A DNA stretch of 64,000 nt from the human T2T-CHM13v2.0 reference genome, Homo sapiens, in assembly GCF_009914755.1 (NCBI RefSeq), contig NC_060932.1; one strand, written 5' to 3'. A program made the position numbers and the translations under genes. Of the stretch, positions 25,971 through 39,093 are shown one piece after another (position 1 is the first letter of the stretch; every line of letters starts with the position of its first letter). The notes beneath the pieces were generated by a model that was not told the DNA's origin, searched no databases, and saw only the letters and a program-made list of their open reading frames with translations.

Positions 25971-27409
25971 TACAGTGATGTGCAGTAAGGACTAAGAGTG
26001 CCTTTGGTTTGGGTCTGTGTGCCCTCATTCTTACCCTTCAAGATGTAGATGGCAGGGTCATTTTGATAGAGGTCTCCAGCAGATTCTGGGAACGGTTTTC
26101 TCTTTCCTTCTTCCTGGTTGGCTATTGTGGATCATTCCTGCAAAATTACTTTCTGTGGTTCTCCAGGGCTGGAGGGCATAGCTCAATTGCTCTTGAAACT
26201 AAACCCTTTCACAACTTCCTGGGCAGCTGCCAGACCCTGGTGCTAGCAGGACTACATGGGCCAGGTTTCTGCTTTGAGGATTTTACTGAATTGTACAGAC
26301 ACACAGTCTCAGGTCTTTTTTCTTATCAACTCTTTGGTGACATGAACAGGCACCAGAGTAAGGTCTCTTTACCTGAATGCTCCTGCTCAGAGTTGGTGAA
26401 TCTGTGGAATTTGTTTTTGCTTCCTGAGTTTTGGGTGGGCCTTCAGACTCGGCTGTAGGACTCGCCGACCAGAGGCCCCCAGATTCTTGTGTGGAGTGCC
26501 TACTCTTCCTTCCTCACTCCATTCCTCACCTAATGTAATTTCCTTGGATTCAGACAAGTGCTAGTGGTTTCCTGCCTCTAGTACACCCAGCCTGCCCCAG
26601 ACTGGGCATGCACTGAGTGTGTGCACTCTTTTTATGAGTATCCTCTGCTCACTCCATTCAAAACTGTCCTGTTTTGTACCTCATCTGCTTGGAGATCCTC
26701 TTCTAGCCTTGGCCTTGCTGTTCTTAGGTGTTAATGAGTAAATATATGCTATCTTTCTCAGTAGGCATAATGAACCACTCTCCTTCCACCAAAATAGCTA
26801 TAACACAGGGCGCTGAGGCACTGAACTGAGAGTCATAAAACTCTCATTCCCAGCCCCACTACTCAGCAGTTTTATAATCTTGGGCAAATCACTTATTGTC
26901 TCTGAGCCACAAGTGTTCATATTTGGAAGGGTGGGGCTAATGCTAATTGCCCTATTTCTCCCCACCTACCTCCCCACAGTTCCATTTACTGTGAGAATCA
27001 AATAAGATAATGCCTGTGAAAGTACTCTGTAAGCCAGAAGCTGTTATTATACAGAGGCTACCTATTATTATTAAGAACTGGTTTTCCTGATTCTTCCAGC
27101 TCCCCGATCCTCTCCATCCCCTGAGCTGGCTCGAGGCTGGAGATCTGTAGAAGCACACCTTTGGGGCCAGAGCCTAGAAATCATTCTGCTTTGCCTACCA
27201 AGGAATCTTCTTAATTCCTCTTATTTAAACATGTGGATTCAAAGAAGAAGAGTTGAAAAAGTCTGACACCAAAATATTTCTTTGTTTGGCTTTTTAAAAT
27301 CCTAGTGCAAGCTACCATGTTAAGACCCACACCAAACCCAGACAGAAAACCCTGTTCATGCAGATGCTCTAGGTTTACATCCAGAATGAATGTGCTTGGC
27401 TGACACTGC

Positions 27410-28010
27410 TCCTAATGGTTTCCCCAATCTGACCACTTTCTGGGTCCCATTGCCACTCTCTTTTTGAAGTCACTACTATTTTCCAGAAGCCTCTCCCTCC
27501 AGGCTTCTCTCTTCATCCATTCTTATACCCATATGAGCTCTCTAAATGCTTGTCTCTTCATATTACTTCTTTGCTTAAGCCTCCACACCATGAGTCCACA
27601 TTCTCCTCACAGTAAAGTGCACTTGCTGTAAAAGGGGCTCCTGATGAGCTTTATGGACTTGCTCCATGACTTCTCACCCCTCTGTGCTTGATCCTTAAGT
27701 AATTCTGTTCACCAGACACCTTGTTCTCTGTTCTACCTCTTCTTCCTGTAGGGCCCGGCTTAGATATCACTCACTTATGAAGCCTACTTGAACTCCCCTT
27801 GACAAAGTGAGGAGCCCTGCAAATTGTTTCCATAGCATCCCTCTTTTCGCCTATAGTACCCTTCTCATCCTTGATCATTGTCATGTGTTAAGATCTGTCT
27901 TCTCCAGGAAGCTGAAGCTCCATGAGGGCAGACACTATAATTGTCTTGCCCATTCATTTCATAGTCATGGCACCTAGCCCAGTGCCCAGCCATGAACAAA
28001 TGAATGGCAC
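27410..28010 (+). mobile_element. L2 LINE fragments
   Basis: aagctccatgagggcagacac...cacctagcccagtgcccagc...aacaaatgaatg at the 3' end. Confidence 0.6.
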
Positions 28011-28179
28011 GGGTAAGTCAATGTTTAAGATTTTTGCTCTGGAAGCCAGGCCACTTAAACACTTCATGGAAAAACACAGATGAACTCATTTTAGAGACGG
28101 ATGAACACATTATGGAACCAAGTATGCAACCCTTAATTTTCTTCTCCTAAACCTCTCAGCACATGCCAACTAGCTAATG

Positions 28180-28420
28180 TTGCCTAACATTTATTGAGTG
28201 CTTCACTTGTACTAGGCATAGTAATGAGCATTTTACATAAGTCAACTCCGTCAACCTTCACAGCCATACTCAGAAGTGAGTGTTATTATCCTGCAGCCAC
28301 TGATGAGACACTGTGGTTCAGAGAGTCTGAATCACTTGCTTAAGTTTGCCCAGACAGCAAGTGAAGGTTTACTATTGACCTGTGTCTGTTCTCCTCTAAA
28401 ATCCATGCTTTTAATCACTG
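28180..28420 (-). mobile_element. MIR SINE
   Basis: aacatttattgagtgcttcacttgtactaggca...gatgagacactgtggttcagagag. Confidence 0.75.
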
Positions 28421-29084
28421 GACCAAACTGCATGGGCTTGGGCACCAGAAATGTACAGGTTTAAGTTCCCAAGACTTACTAGCTGTGTTCATTGAAAAAA
28501 GTTAGGTTTCCTTCTTGTGCCTCATTCTTTATTAAGTGTCTGTGAACGAAGCGAAATAATGTTGTAGAGCACTCGGTATTTAGTAAGTTCCCAACTTTCA
28601 TTGCAAGTCAGTAAGTTAGAGATAGAGCTTAGATGCTTAAAGTTCAGGCAGTCCTAAGAATTAAGACCGATTGCTTTCTTCTTTAACATCCCTGCACAGT
28701 GGGGAGGTTAGCATATAATTGAGCTTCTTGCATCCTGTGGCATTTATCACTCCTTGAGGCACATTAATCTGTCCTTTGACAATTGAGTCTGTGAGAAAAT
28801 GTTTTTCATCAGAAGTCTGCTGCCTTCTTGTCCTACTTGCTCAGAGCCTTTGGAGAAAGTCTAGTCACTGTGTCACCAACACCTTCCTGGCCATCTGAGG
28901 GCAGCTGTCATGCCACCACTTCAGCCTATGGACTCTCACTTTTCCAGAGAGGAGGATGCCAGTTTTTCCACGTTTTTTTTTTTTTCTCATGGAATGAGTC
29001 TTAAACTCCCATCATCCACCCAATTACTAGTTTAGAACAAACTCCAATGTATCTACATTGTCTTAACCTATAATGGCTAAGACA

Positions 29085-29425
29085 AAGACTTAGCAACAAG
29101 GATTTTCACTGCAGTATTGATTACATTGTGAACAAATGTCCAGCAACAGAGAACTGGCTGAACAGATTACTGCTTATCCGTATGAACTAATGGCCTTCAA
29201 GAATGACTATGGGAATGAACATTTATTGATCTAAAAGATGGTTACAATGTAATAGTAAATGTAAAAACCAGGTTATAAAATAGAATGTAATGCATGATCT
29301 CCAATTTTGAATAATAGTATTCATTTATATATGGAAGAGAAATCTGAAAGTGTTTAAAAGAGTAAAAGTGTTTATCTCAGGGTCACGAGATTATGAGGGA
29401 TTTTCTTGTTCTAAATTTTCTATTA
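29085..29425 (+). mobile_element. Old L1 (L1ME-like) 3' fragment
   Basis: acaaggattttcactgcagtattg...aaatgtccagcaacagagaactggctgaa...gtgtttatctcaggg. Confidence 0.6.
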
Positions 29426-30259
29426 AGGGAGGAAGTAATAACTTGGTGGTTATGAAAATGGACTTCAAAATCGGACAGACTTGGTTTTAGTCTATTTTCT
29501 GCCACTTAGCTTCATCACCTGAGTTTCATAATTTGTAAAGTAAGGCATATAATAGAGTTTGCTTTAGTATTGTTGAGAGAGCGATAAAACTAGCTTTGTT
29601 TTTGGAGTGCTTGCTATGGGCTAGGCACTTTGTGAAGCAATTTACATGCATGCTTTTTATCATTATTCCCATTCACTATATGAGAATGAGGCTCAGGGAG
29701 GCTAAGGAACTTGTCCCAGTGCTACATTCAAGGGGATGGTGACTTTCCCTCTTCTTAGTACTTGAGTTATTTCAATGTTGTTAAAGTGGAAATCTGTTTT
29801 CCTGTCATCCACATCTCCCTGCTGACTCATTCTGGAACCACTTTGACTAAAACCCCCAGATATTTTCATACTGGCCATGTCTCCTCTATTCTCCGGTTGT
29901 GCTTTGTCTTATTTTTTTGGACTTAAGTGAACTTATTATTGAGCAGACAGGTGGATGACTATGAGGAAGTCCGAGAATAAGCTTGTAATTTGTCAGTAAA
30001 AAGTTGCTGATTAAATTCTACTATAATTTGGCAGTGAAAAGTTGCCAATCACACTGTAGAGCCACAGGGGTAGTAAAATGCATGAGCTTTGCATTTTCCT
30101 TTTTTTTTTGCTCATCTGGAAAGAGTGAGTGCTTCTGATGGAAGAATGAATAGGGGAAGGTGCCAGGATGGATCCAGCAAGGATGTCATTGGCCAGGGCT
30201 CCCAGGAGAAGCTGGAGGATGGAGTCCTTGGAACATAATGCGGGGCACATTTGTAAGAG

Positions 30260-30680
30260 TGGGAGCCAGACCCCTGGCAGACCAGGAGTCTAATTCCTGC
30301 TCTTACTCACCTGCTATGTGGCCCTGAGCACCTCACTAAATTCTCTGAACTTCATTTTCTTATCCTCAAAATGTGATAGGGACTTGGCTGAGTTGATTTC
30401 AGCACATCCATATGAACAAATGCTAAGCAGCCATCAAGAATGACTACAGGAATGAAATTCATTTACTTAAAAAGATGGTTATGATGTACTGGTAAATGCA
30501 AAAAGCAGGCTGTAAAATAGAGGGACATGTAAAGCACTCATTTATAGATGAAAGAAAATCTGAAAATCAGTGATATGACTTGGATGTTCAGCTTTCTGTA
30601 GCCAGTAGCACTTATTTTGTGGGAATTTTAGGAGGATGAAAATGAGATTGTGTAAGGAAATGGCTCAGACAGTGCTGGGA
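30260..30680 (+). mobile_element. MIR SINE split by a ~190 bp copy of nearby L1ME-like sequence
   Basis: MIR left part ends cttcattttcttatcctcaaaatg (~30373); right part resumes ggaggatgaaaatgaga...cagtgctggga. Confidence 0.6.
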
Positions 30681-32473
30681 TCAGTTTTAGTCTCATCTCT
30701 TCCCTGTGAGCCCTTCACTCCCTACTGAGTGACCTGATAAATGTTAAAGAACAAGAGAACAAATTCATGTACCAAGGGGCTCCATGACAAAGGTGGGAAA
30801 ATTACAGAGTTAGAAACATAAGGGAGCTGGCCCAAACTCATCCTATGTTCTCATTTTAATAAATTTATTACTATTTTTAAATTTCCAACATGTCCATGAT
30901 ACAAAAAAATCAAATTATACAGCAACACTTAGAGAAAATAGTAAAAATTCCTCTTTATTACTCTTCTAATCTCTTTTGTCTCTCCAAAGACAACCAAGGG
31001 TGAAGGGCTCTCTGTGTATCTTTCTAGACATTTTATTAGGGATTTGAAACATGCATGTTCAAATGTACAGACTTCCTCACCAACACTATGAATGGTCCAT
31101 GACTTGAATGTTCGTGACACTTTTGTGATGAAAATAAAATGCTGGCTAGAGAGAAGAGTCGAATGGGTGCCACAATCTTAATTGTTTTTCCATGACTTTT
31201 TGGCCTGGGTTGGATATTAACAAATTCAGATGCCTACTGAATTTAGAAATGGCAGGAATCCTCTTGACATTCTAACATTTCCATATGGCTAAAGCTTTTA
31301 GCTCTAGTTATTATACTTCTGCTTTGGAAGACAGTGCCTCAAACCAGATCTCTCTCCTGAAGGACTTGTCTCCTTTAGCCAGAATGATCCTTCCCCATTC
31401 AAGGAGAAAAGGGCACAGGCCCAGGAGGAAATATGTGCCTGAATGACAAATTGCATGAGTCAAAGACATTTATGAAAATGACAAACACTATTTCAGAGGA
31501 GGAAGGCAGTTGCTTCTGCTTTCTTTTTTCTTTTGAGAATGGGTGGAAGGCCTTCAGAGATGGTGCTGAACACAGCACTTTGCAATGAGTAACATTTCAG
31601 GGATAATATTAGCATTAATGCTCCTTTGATTCCTCAGTTTTGGAGAATATTAGTAATTGGGGCCAATCCAAAGCACTGAGTGGTTTATTGAGGCACAGCA
31701 AAAGCTACAAGGATTTTCATTGCATAGATTCTTTACCTCCCTGCCTTAAGACATTTATTGTGATATGCGATTCTAATAAAAGGCAGAGACACAATGCCTT
31801 ACACCAAATAGGCACCTAATTGCTATTGATTGATTTACCTCAATTGTCAGCATTCTTGCAGACCATTCATTTATTCATCTGCCCATTAATCAAAATGTAT
31901 TGAGGTAATACTATCTGCCAGGCACTGCGTTCTTTGTATCAGTGTGGGCACAAAAGAGGAAGTGAACAGTTATCCTCAAGGCTGTGGCAAGGACAGGCTT
32001 TCAGAGGAGAAGACATCTGAGAAAGGTTTCAAAATAGGAATAGGAATTTGTTAGGCAAATGTGGGGGGATGGCATTTCATAAACCATAAACGGGGGAACA
32101 GAGTTAACAAATGTAGGAAATATAGGAGGAGGGGCAAGATTGTGAGGTTGAAAGTCATGGCCCTGACTGATTGACTTGACCAAATATTCATTAGAGAAAT
32201 ATCACCTTTAACTCAACTCAAAACTGAGTTTCATTGAGCTGTCAATTTACTCAACAAACATTTATTCAACAACTTTTCACTGTGCTGGATGCTAGCAATA
32301 TAATGCTGACAAGTTTCTAGTGGCAATTTTCCTAAAGGCTCGGTAGACACTATTAGAGCTTAACCTGACAGTGATTACCATTATACTGGACACATGTCAA
32401 AGCACACCCCTATTTAAGGGAAATCCACTGTGGGGACAACATTCTTCTGTGTGTCCTGCACAATGCAAAGGAG

Positions 32474-32774
<301 letters not shown>

Positions 32775-34199
32775 TGACACACTCTTTTACTACCTTCTCA
32801 AAATACAAATCTAGATTTCAATGTGACTCATTGTTTTATCTATTGCCATATACTCTGATTAAACTCTGTCTTCTGAGAGATAACTTATAAATGCCTTTGT
32901 AGGAATCATAGCCATAGCTTTAAGTATAATCTTGGGTTCAGCTCTTTTGTCCCATGACGAAGAAGTGACTTGTCTGATGTTACATAATGAGAGTTATCAG
33001 ATTGTAAAGGAGAACTAAGGCTGCTGATATCTATGACACTACATTATATTGCCTCCATGAATAAAATGTTAATGTCACCCAATCAGTTCATAACCAAAAC
33101 CATAGTGGGATCGGCTCTGAGCTCACAGTTACTGTGATTCTATCTTCTGTTCCACCTACCTCTATCTCCTCCCTAATTCTAGAGTTTAAAGGGCAGTAAA
33201 CTCAATTTTGAACATCCTGCCTTTGGTCTCCCTCAGTTGGCTGTCTGATCTTTTGTGCACCTGTCAGTTTTCCAAAAAGACACACTCAACCTCACCCTAG
33301 AATCTTCATTGGAAAGCCCTTTCACTTGCTACTCTATATGTCTGTTTTGGTAGACAAAACCACAAACCCAGATAGGCAATTAGGGATTAAGGGCAACAGT
33401 GGTTTGGGATTATTTCAGCTAATTGCTATCCTATGTGAAAGAGTGCATCATCTCTGACAGCTGGCATGAGTAATCGTCACTGTTTTAGCAGTAAGTTTAT
33501 ACCTTCTGTGTGATAGGGACTGCCAATGCTGTTTTGACTGGTTTATCATCAGAGTGGTGAATGTGAAAAGCTATTGTATGTATCCCATTGGTTGTTGTGA
33601 CAATTAAATACAACAAAGCCATCACATTCTTACTATCTGCCTGTTTATAATATGCATTTGATTTAGCTTGACTGTTTTTACTTTTTAGACTCTGTGTATC
33701 TCCGACCCTTGCGAACATCGCACCCTGTGCCATTATTTTCTGCTGTTAATGGCAGATTGGCTACGATGCCTTCCTTTCTTCTGTATTGGGGTGGAGGAGT
33801 GATGTGATTTGCATATAGTTACCCAGAATGCTCTGCCAATGGTCAGTTCTCTGCTGGCTGGGAGACTGAGCTCAGGAACAAGCTGCAAGGTGTAAATGGG
33901 CTTTTGGGTATGCTGATTTATGTTCTAATTTATACTCATGTGACAAGGATTGAACCCTGACTATCTTAGCTGGGGTGGAAAAGGTCCCTGGACAGGGGCA
34001 GGGCGGGGAATTTGATGTCCACATATATCCACTTTTAGAGTTTTAGAGTTCTTTGGAAATAGGGATTTTTTTTCTTTTTTTGGTCTGTCTCAGACTGCCA
34101 AGTAGAAGCCCAGAGAAGGAGGAAGTTAATTCACATTCTTACTTTTTTCTAAGGGCAAAAAAAAAAAAAAAATGCACCAGCTCATTTTCCATCTCTGCT

Positions 34200-34720
34200 T
34201 GGGTCATCAGTGTGCATTGTGAGCCTGTACAAAGGCCTTAGACGGGGAATGCTGCCGAGAGCATCACCTTTTATGTCTTCTTTTATATGAAATGTGCCAC
34301 TTCCCCACTAACCCTGGCTCTGGGCTCTGCCTCTGCTCTCCTGATGGTGTGTTTATGGTGGATTCAGCATTCTGGGCCACACAAGGAAGCTGCAGGGGGT
34401 GTCCAAGTTCACATGTCCCCGCATTCCAGGCGAATGTTTCTGACATTGAGCAATGATATGGCTCTGCCAGGTTTAGGTCTGTCTGATTGGAATGCAACCC
34501 GAAAGGAAAGTCCCGGAATGATTCAAACACTCACCTCCCCACAACCCCTTCTTGGTTTTTTTTTTTTTTTTAATTCCTTTTTAATTCTCCAGTGACAAAC
34601 TCAGCCCAGCACTCTCGCTGACCGCATGGCACTTGTTGGTGCTGATAAGTGCAACTTCCCAAGAGATAGGAATGCAAATCGTAATATTTTGTTGAGTCAT
34701 GTGTACTCTGCGGCTGTTTC
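34200..34720. promoter_or_regulatory. Candidate TEAD/NF-kB/AP-1 enhancer core
   Basis: M-CAT cores at 34246, 34422, 34489, 34515, 34669 (plus CATTCT 34368); GGAAAGTCCC kB site 34505-34514; ATTGAGCAAT 34445; ATGCAAAT 34672; TGAGTCA 34693. Confidence 0.6.
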
Positions 34721-35529
34721 CCAAACATTGCATCAGACCTGTAATTGGCAGCTCCCAGTACTCTGCTGGATGACACCAAATGTCCAGGAAAAGCTCAGTC
34801 CATTTCTCGAAAAATGTAGTCTCACTCTCTCCATCTGCCTAGTTGTAACATCCTGTTCCTAAGGAAGTAGAATCCCTTGGGGTAGCAAGGGCAAAACCGG
34901 TTTTGCGGATAAGTTTGAAAAATATGGCTGTTGGCCTTTCCCACCCACTCTGGTCTCTTAGCAACAAGACAGCTGATGGTATCCACTAGGGGGAAAAAAA
35001 AACAAAAACACAAAACAAAACAAAACAAAACAAAAATCATAGAACATGTGGGGGAGCCTGTCTGAATTGTTGCCTACAGCCTGATTTATTTAAACCTCCA
35101 CTACATTCTTGGATGTGAAGACCTAGGAGTCAAGTCATGGGAGCTTTCTCTTGCCCTTCTCTTGACCTCTATGAGGCAGATAGAGGAAAATCTCAGAATG
35201 AGAGGAACTTTCTTCCTCTTCAAGAGTCTGCGTTATCCGAGATGGCCATTTCCTTTGACCTCAGGAGTAACCACTTGAAAACTTGGACACATTTATAGAA
35301 AATTTGGGCTCCTGGGATGCAGTGCTGGGAAAAGCACAGGGCTGAGGGGCTGGAGCTTGGGGTACCAATGGTGACAGTCTCTCCCTCCCTGTGGGAGTAC
35401 TGGCAGGAAATCCACTGTGCCCTTGTCCCCACCGAGGGTTGATTTTCTCCACTGCAAAGTAAGGAGATTGAATTAGATCTCAGTCTTCTCTTAAGGTACC
35501 TTTCACACTGAGCCTATGGGAGTGGTGGT

Positions 35530-35536
35530 ATGTGCA

Positions 35537-35570
<34 letters not shown>
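35530..35570. repeat. (TG)n microsatellite
   Basis: tgtgtgtgtg run read directly. Confidence 0.95.
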
Positions 35571-35574
<4 letters not shown>

Positions 35575-35821
35575 GTGTGTATGTATTTATGTAAACTTTA
35601 TATCATGTTTCAATCCAATTCTCTCTCTCTCTCTCTCCACAGAGCTAAGTGGTACCACAAGAATTCAAACCTAGATCTAGCCAAGTTTGAAATCCTTGTT
35701 CTCAGCTCCCACCCTATGCTGTTATGATCTACACAGAGAGGCACCACATAGCTAGTATTTTATGTTATACCTGGTGAACTTTCTATCTATGCTTATCAAT
35801 TCATAGGAGTAGAATTGGGAA

Positions 35822-36424
35822 TGTTGGCGTTTAGAACATGATACCCCAAAGTATGGCACCATGGCCTGCTAAGTACTTTGAGCTGAAGGACATAGGGAGT
35901 TCATAGAAGTGAGATCCTTTTGAACTTCTGCTCCCACTCCTCTTTTTTGCCTAGAACCAGCGACAGAAACTAGAAATGCTACACTAACTTTCTCCCACCT
36001 TACTGTGGAGGAGGAGCTGGCCAAAAAGGAATTCTCTGCCCTACCTTATTGGATAGTAGGTCATCAGACTCTCATTTCGGAGGAATCCTACCCCAAACCT
36101 GGGAGGAAGAAATGCCACCCAGAGAAGCCGAGAAGAATAGGAACAGACAGATCATGCTGAGATCCCCTCTGTTACCATTAGATCATATCCTCTTGCCTGA
36201 TCACATTTCTACATGGCAGTCCATTCTTCATTGAATCTAAGCATAAAAATGGATAGTTTTCTGTAGCTCATTGGGTCTTCATTTTGAAGGTTCTTATGTC
36301 ACACCAAACTTTCATTTAAAAAAATTATCATGCTTTTCTCTTGTCATCCTTTCTTTTGTTATAAGGGTGCCATCCTTACGACGAGGAAGGACGAGGAAAG
36401 ATATCACACGTTTGTGCTCCTATA
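35822..36424 (+). mobile_element. ERV1-class solo LTR (MER34/MER39-like)
   Basis: TGTTGG start, gataccccaaagtatggc...gtactttga, ctaagcataaaaat, tgggtcttcatt, ends ctcctata. 4-bp TSD GGAA at 35818-35821 and 36425-36428. Confidence 0.82.
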
Positions 36425-36776
36425 GGAAGTTATAGAGGACCTAGGCGTTAATAAAGAAACCTGATTTCACATCCTTGCTCTGCCCCGAACAGTTACGTGG
36501 CCTCAGGATTCTTTACTATGAAGTGTGAATAACAGATCCTGTCTGATCAGGTTGCTATGAGAATTAGGTGAAATGATGTAAAATACCTGACACAGTGCCT
36601 ATAACCTAGTAAGTGCTAAATAAAAAGAGGAGAGAGCTTCAGAGAGACAGAGAGGGAGATGAGATATTGATAAAGTATAGGTTTCTTGATGACAGGAACT
36701 TGCCCTGTTTATCCTGTAACCTCAGCACACTGTGTGGCACACTGAAGATGATTGTGTTTTCTGAGTCAAACAGATG

Positions 36777-36822
36777 TCTCTCTCTCTCACACACACACAC
36801 GCACGCACACACACACACACGT
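36777..36822. repeat. (CT)n(CA)n compound microsatellite
   Basis: tctctctctctcacacacacacacgcacgcacacac read directly. Confidence 0.92.
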
Positions 36823-37054
36823 GATAGAGTGATGAATTCCACAATTTTATGTTGCTGGAACTTCTTAGTAGGGCTCTGCATTTTACAGCAATGCATCACA
36901 GTTAAAATAATCAATGTGATCTGGCTGTGATTATTTCTTTCATTATTTAAAAATATCAACAATTGCTTTTCAAAGCACTTTGATTTTTTTTTTTTTTTTT
37001 TTTTTTGGCCAGATTTTGTTAGGGTGTTTCTCTCTTTCTACCGCCACTCTTTTT

Positions 37055-37260
37055 CTTGAGCACTTACTATATATCAAGTCCTGGGTCAGGTGTCTTATAT
37101 TCATTGTTTTATCATTATTCCTAATATCCTCCTAGCAACTCTATCAGATAGGTTTTGTTATTTCCATTTCACAACTGAGGATCTTGAAGCTCAGAAAGTG
37201 TGAGTCATCTAAGACCACACACCTGGTCAGTGGCAGAGAAAGAATTTGAACCTACATCTC
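37055..37260 (-). mobile_element. MIR SINE
   Basis: ttgagcacttactat...ccatttcacaactgagg...gctcagaaag...gtggcagag...atttgaacc. Confidence 0.75.
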
Positions 37261-37819
37261 CCTGCTTATTAAAGCAGAGGGTGAGGGCAGGGAGTAATTT
37301 ATACATCTTTGGTCTTGATAATTGAGCTCACTCCTTCCAAAAAAAAAAATAACTGTTTACTTCCTATCAATACTAGAGAACTTGGAGCACTTCATGTTTT
37401 CTTGGCACTGAGCTACATTCATTATACACTATCTTATTTAATCCTATTAATGACCCTGCATGATAGGTAACAATTATTAGGCATAAATTTCAGAGAAGGT
37501 AGTTATTGACAAGCAGGTTAAGTAATAAGCCTGAGTAACTGGGATTTAAACTTAGGTAGTCTGACTCCAGAGTGAGCTTTCCTCTTAAGAGTGATCCATT
37601 GATTTTATTCACGCTCACGAGATTATGTGGTCTTCATGCACTTGGGGAGCGTGATTGTGGCTTATCTAGAACTTAACTTCCGCTCTTTTTGGAAGTGACC
37701 ATCACCTCCTTCTCTGCCCTGGGAATAAACAATAGAAATTGAGGATACAGAAGCTGTAGAACCATAGGCCAATAGAGTTTAAAACTTGAAAGACTTCTTC
37801 AAGAGATCATCTAGTCTAA

Positions 37820-38270
37820 TAGTTTCCAACTATGGGGCATTGCTTGTTTAGTGGCTTATAAAATCAATTTAGTAGTTCATGGCTGACCTTCAAAAAATGA
37901 AGTGAGTAGAATAGAAAACATGAGATTTTGTTGTACTTAGGGTGAAGTAGTCTTGAGAGCAGTAGTTTCAGTTATCTATATGTCAGTGTCTCCTGGGTCA
38001 CTGTGTAAAATGCATTTCTTACTGAGGGTTAAGTTTGAAAAGTTTGAAAAATGTTGATTTCATCCAGTGTTTTTCAAATTTTATTCCATGGCATCTGAGG
38101 AGGCCTCAGATATCTTATGGGAGATAAGAATGGAAAAAGTTAAGTAGAAAGAATTTCAGAAATGTCTTCTTATGTTTATCTGCCTTTCATGTTGGACTTT
38201 CATAAAATATTTTATCTTAAAAAGAAGAACTTTACTGAAAAAAAAAAAATAATTCAAGAACCACTGATTT
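37820..38270. mobile_element. Old hAT-Charlie-like DNA transposon fragments
   Basis: aaaatcaatttagt...aaatgcatttcttactg...aagtttgaaa; cagtgtttttcaaa...aagaaccactg termini. Confidence 0.45.
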
Positions 38271-38688
38271 ACCCCATTGGAATTGTGTTGTTTTGGGTAT
38301 TGATTCATTCTTATGTAACTTCGTGAGGTAACCGAGGACCAGCTATGTGCTCAGAACAGTGATGGCTGCCATAGGATATTCAGGAAGACTAAAAAATGTG
38401 GTTATCCCTGTCCTTAAATTGTTGATAGAACCAATACGATATCAATTTATTTCTTACATCAACTATGATAAGAAAATACATGAAGAAGTTATTCGGAATA
38501 TGGCAATTGATTTAAACAGGAATCAAAAGATTGCTACAAGAGGAGATATGAAGGGATCAAAGCTGGCTGAAGCAATGGAGATGAAATTGAATACGAAGGG
38601 TTGCAATTTGGTTCTAATCAGCTGCATAAATACAAGTGTAATATGAATTTAGTTGACAATAGTTCATCATTAAAAGTCTTAAGGTTGT

Positions 38689-38994
<306 letters not shown>

Positions 38995-39093
38995 TCATTG
39001 ACTTCTCTGTGAGTTAACAGTATGGCATGGGCCAAAACCCAAGGCAAGCTGATTACATTCAATGCATTCATGAACATACAGTATGGAATACTT

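Noticed and set aside
34398-34420. p53-like half-sites CAAG...CATG
   Set aside because: The cores are 8 nt apart rather than the 10 required by adjacent RRRCWWGYYY decamers.
34527-34537. Strong minus-strand splice donor GAG|GTGAGT
   Set aside because: No supportable upstream acceptor or exon. Isolated donor matches are common, so RNA evidence is needed.
36380-36399. Short tandem duplications (gacgaggaag x2; also 5867-5898 and near 17557)
   Set aside because: Ordinary slippage duplications inside repeats.
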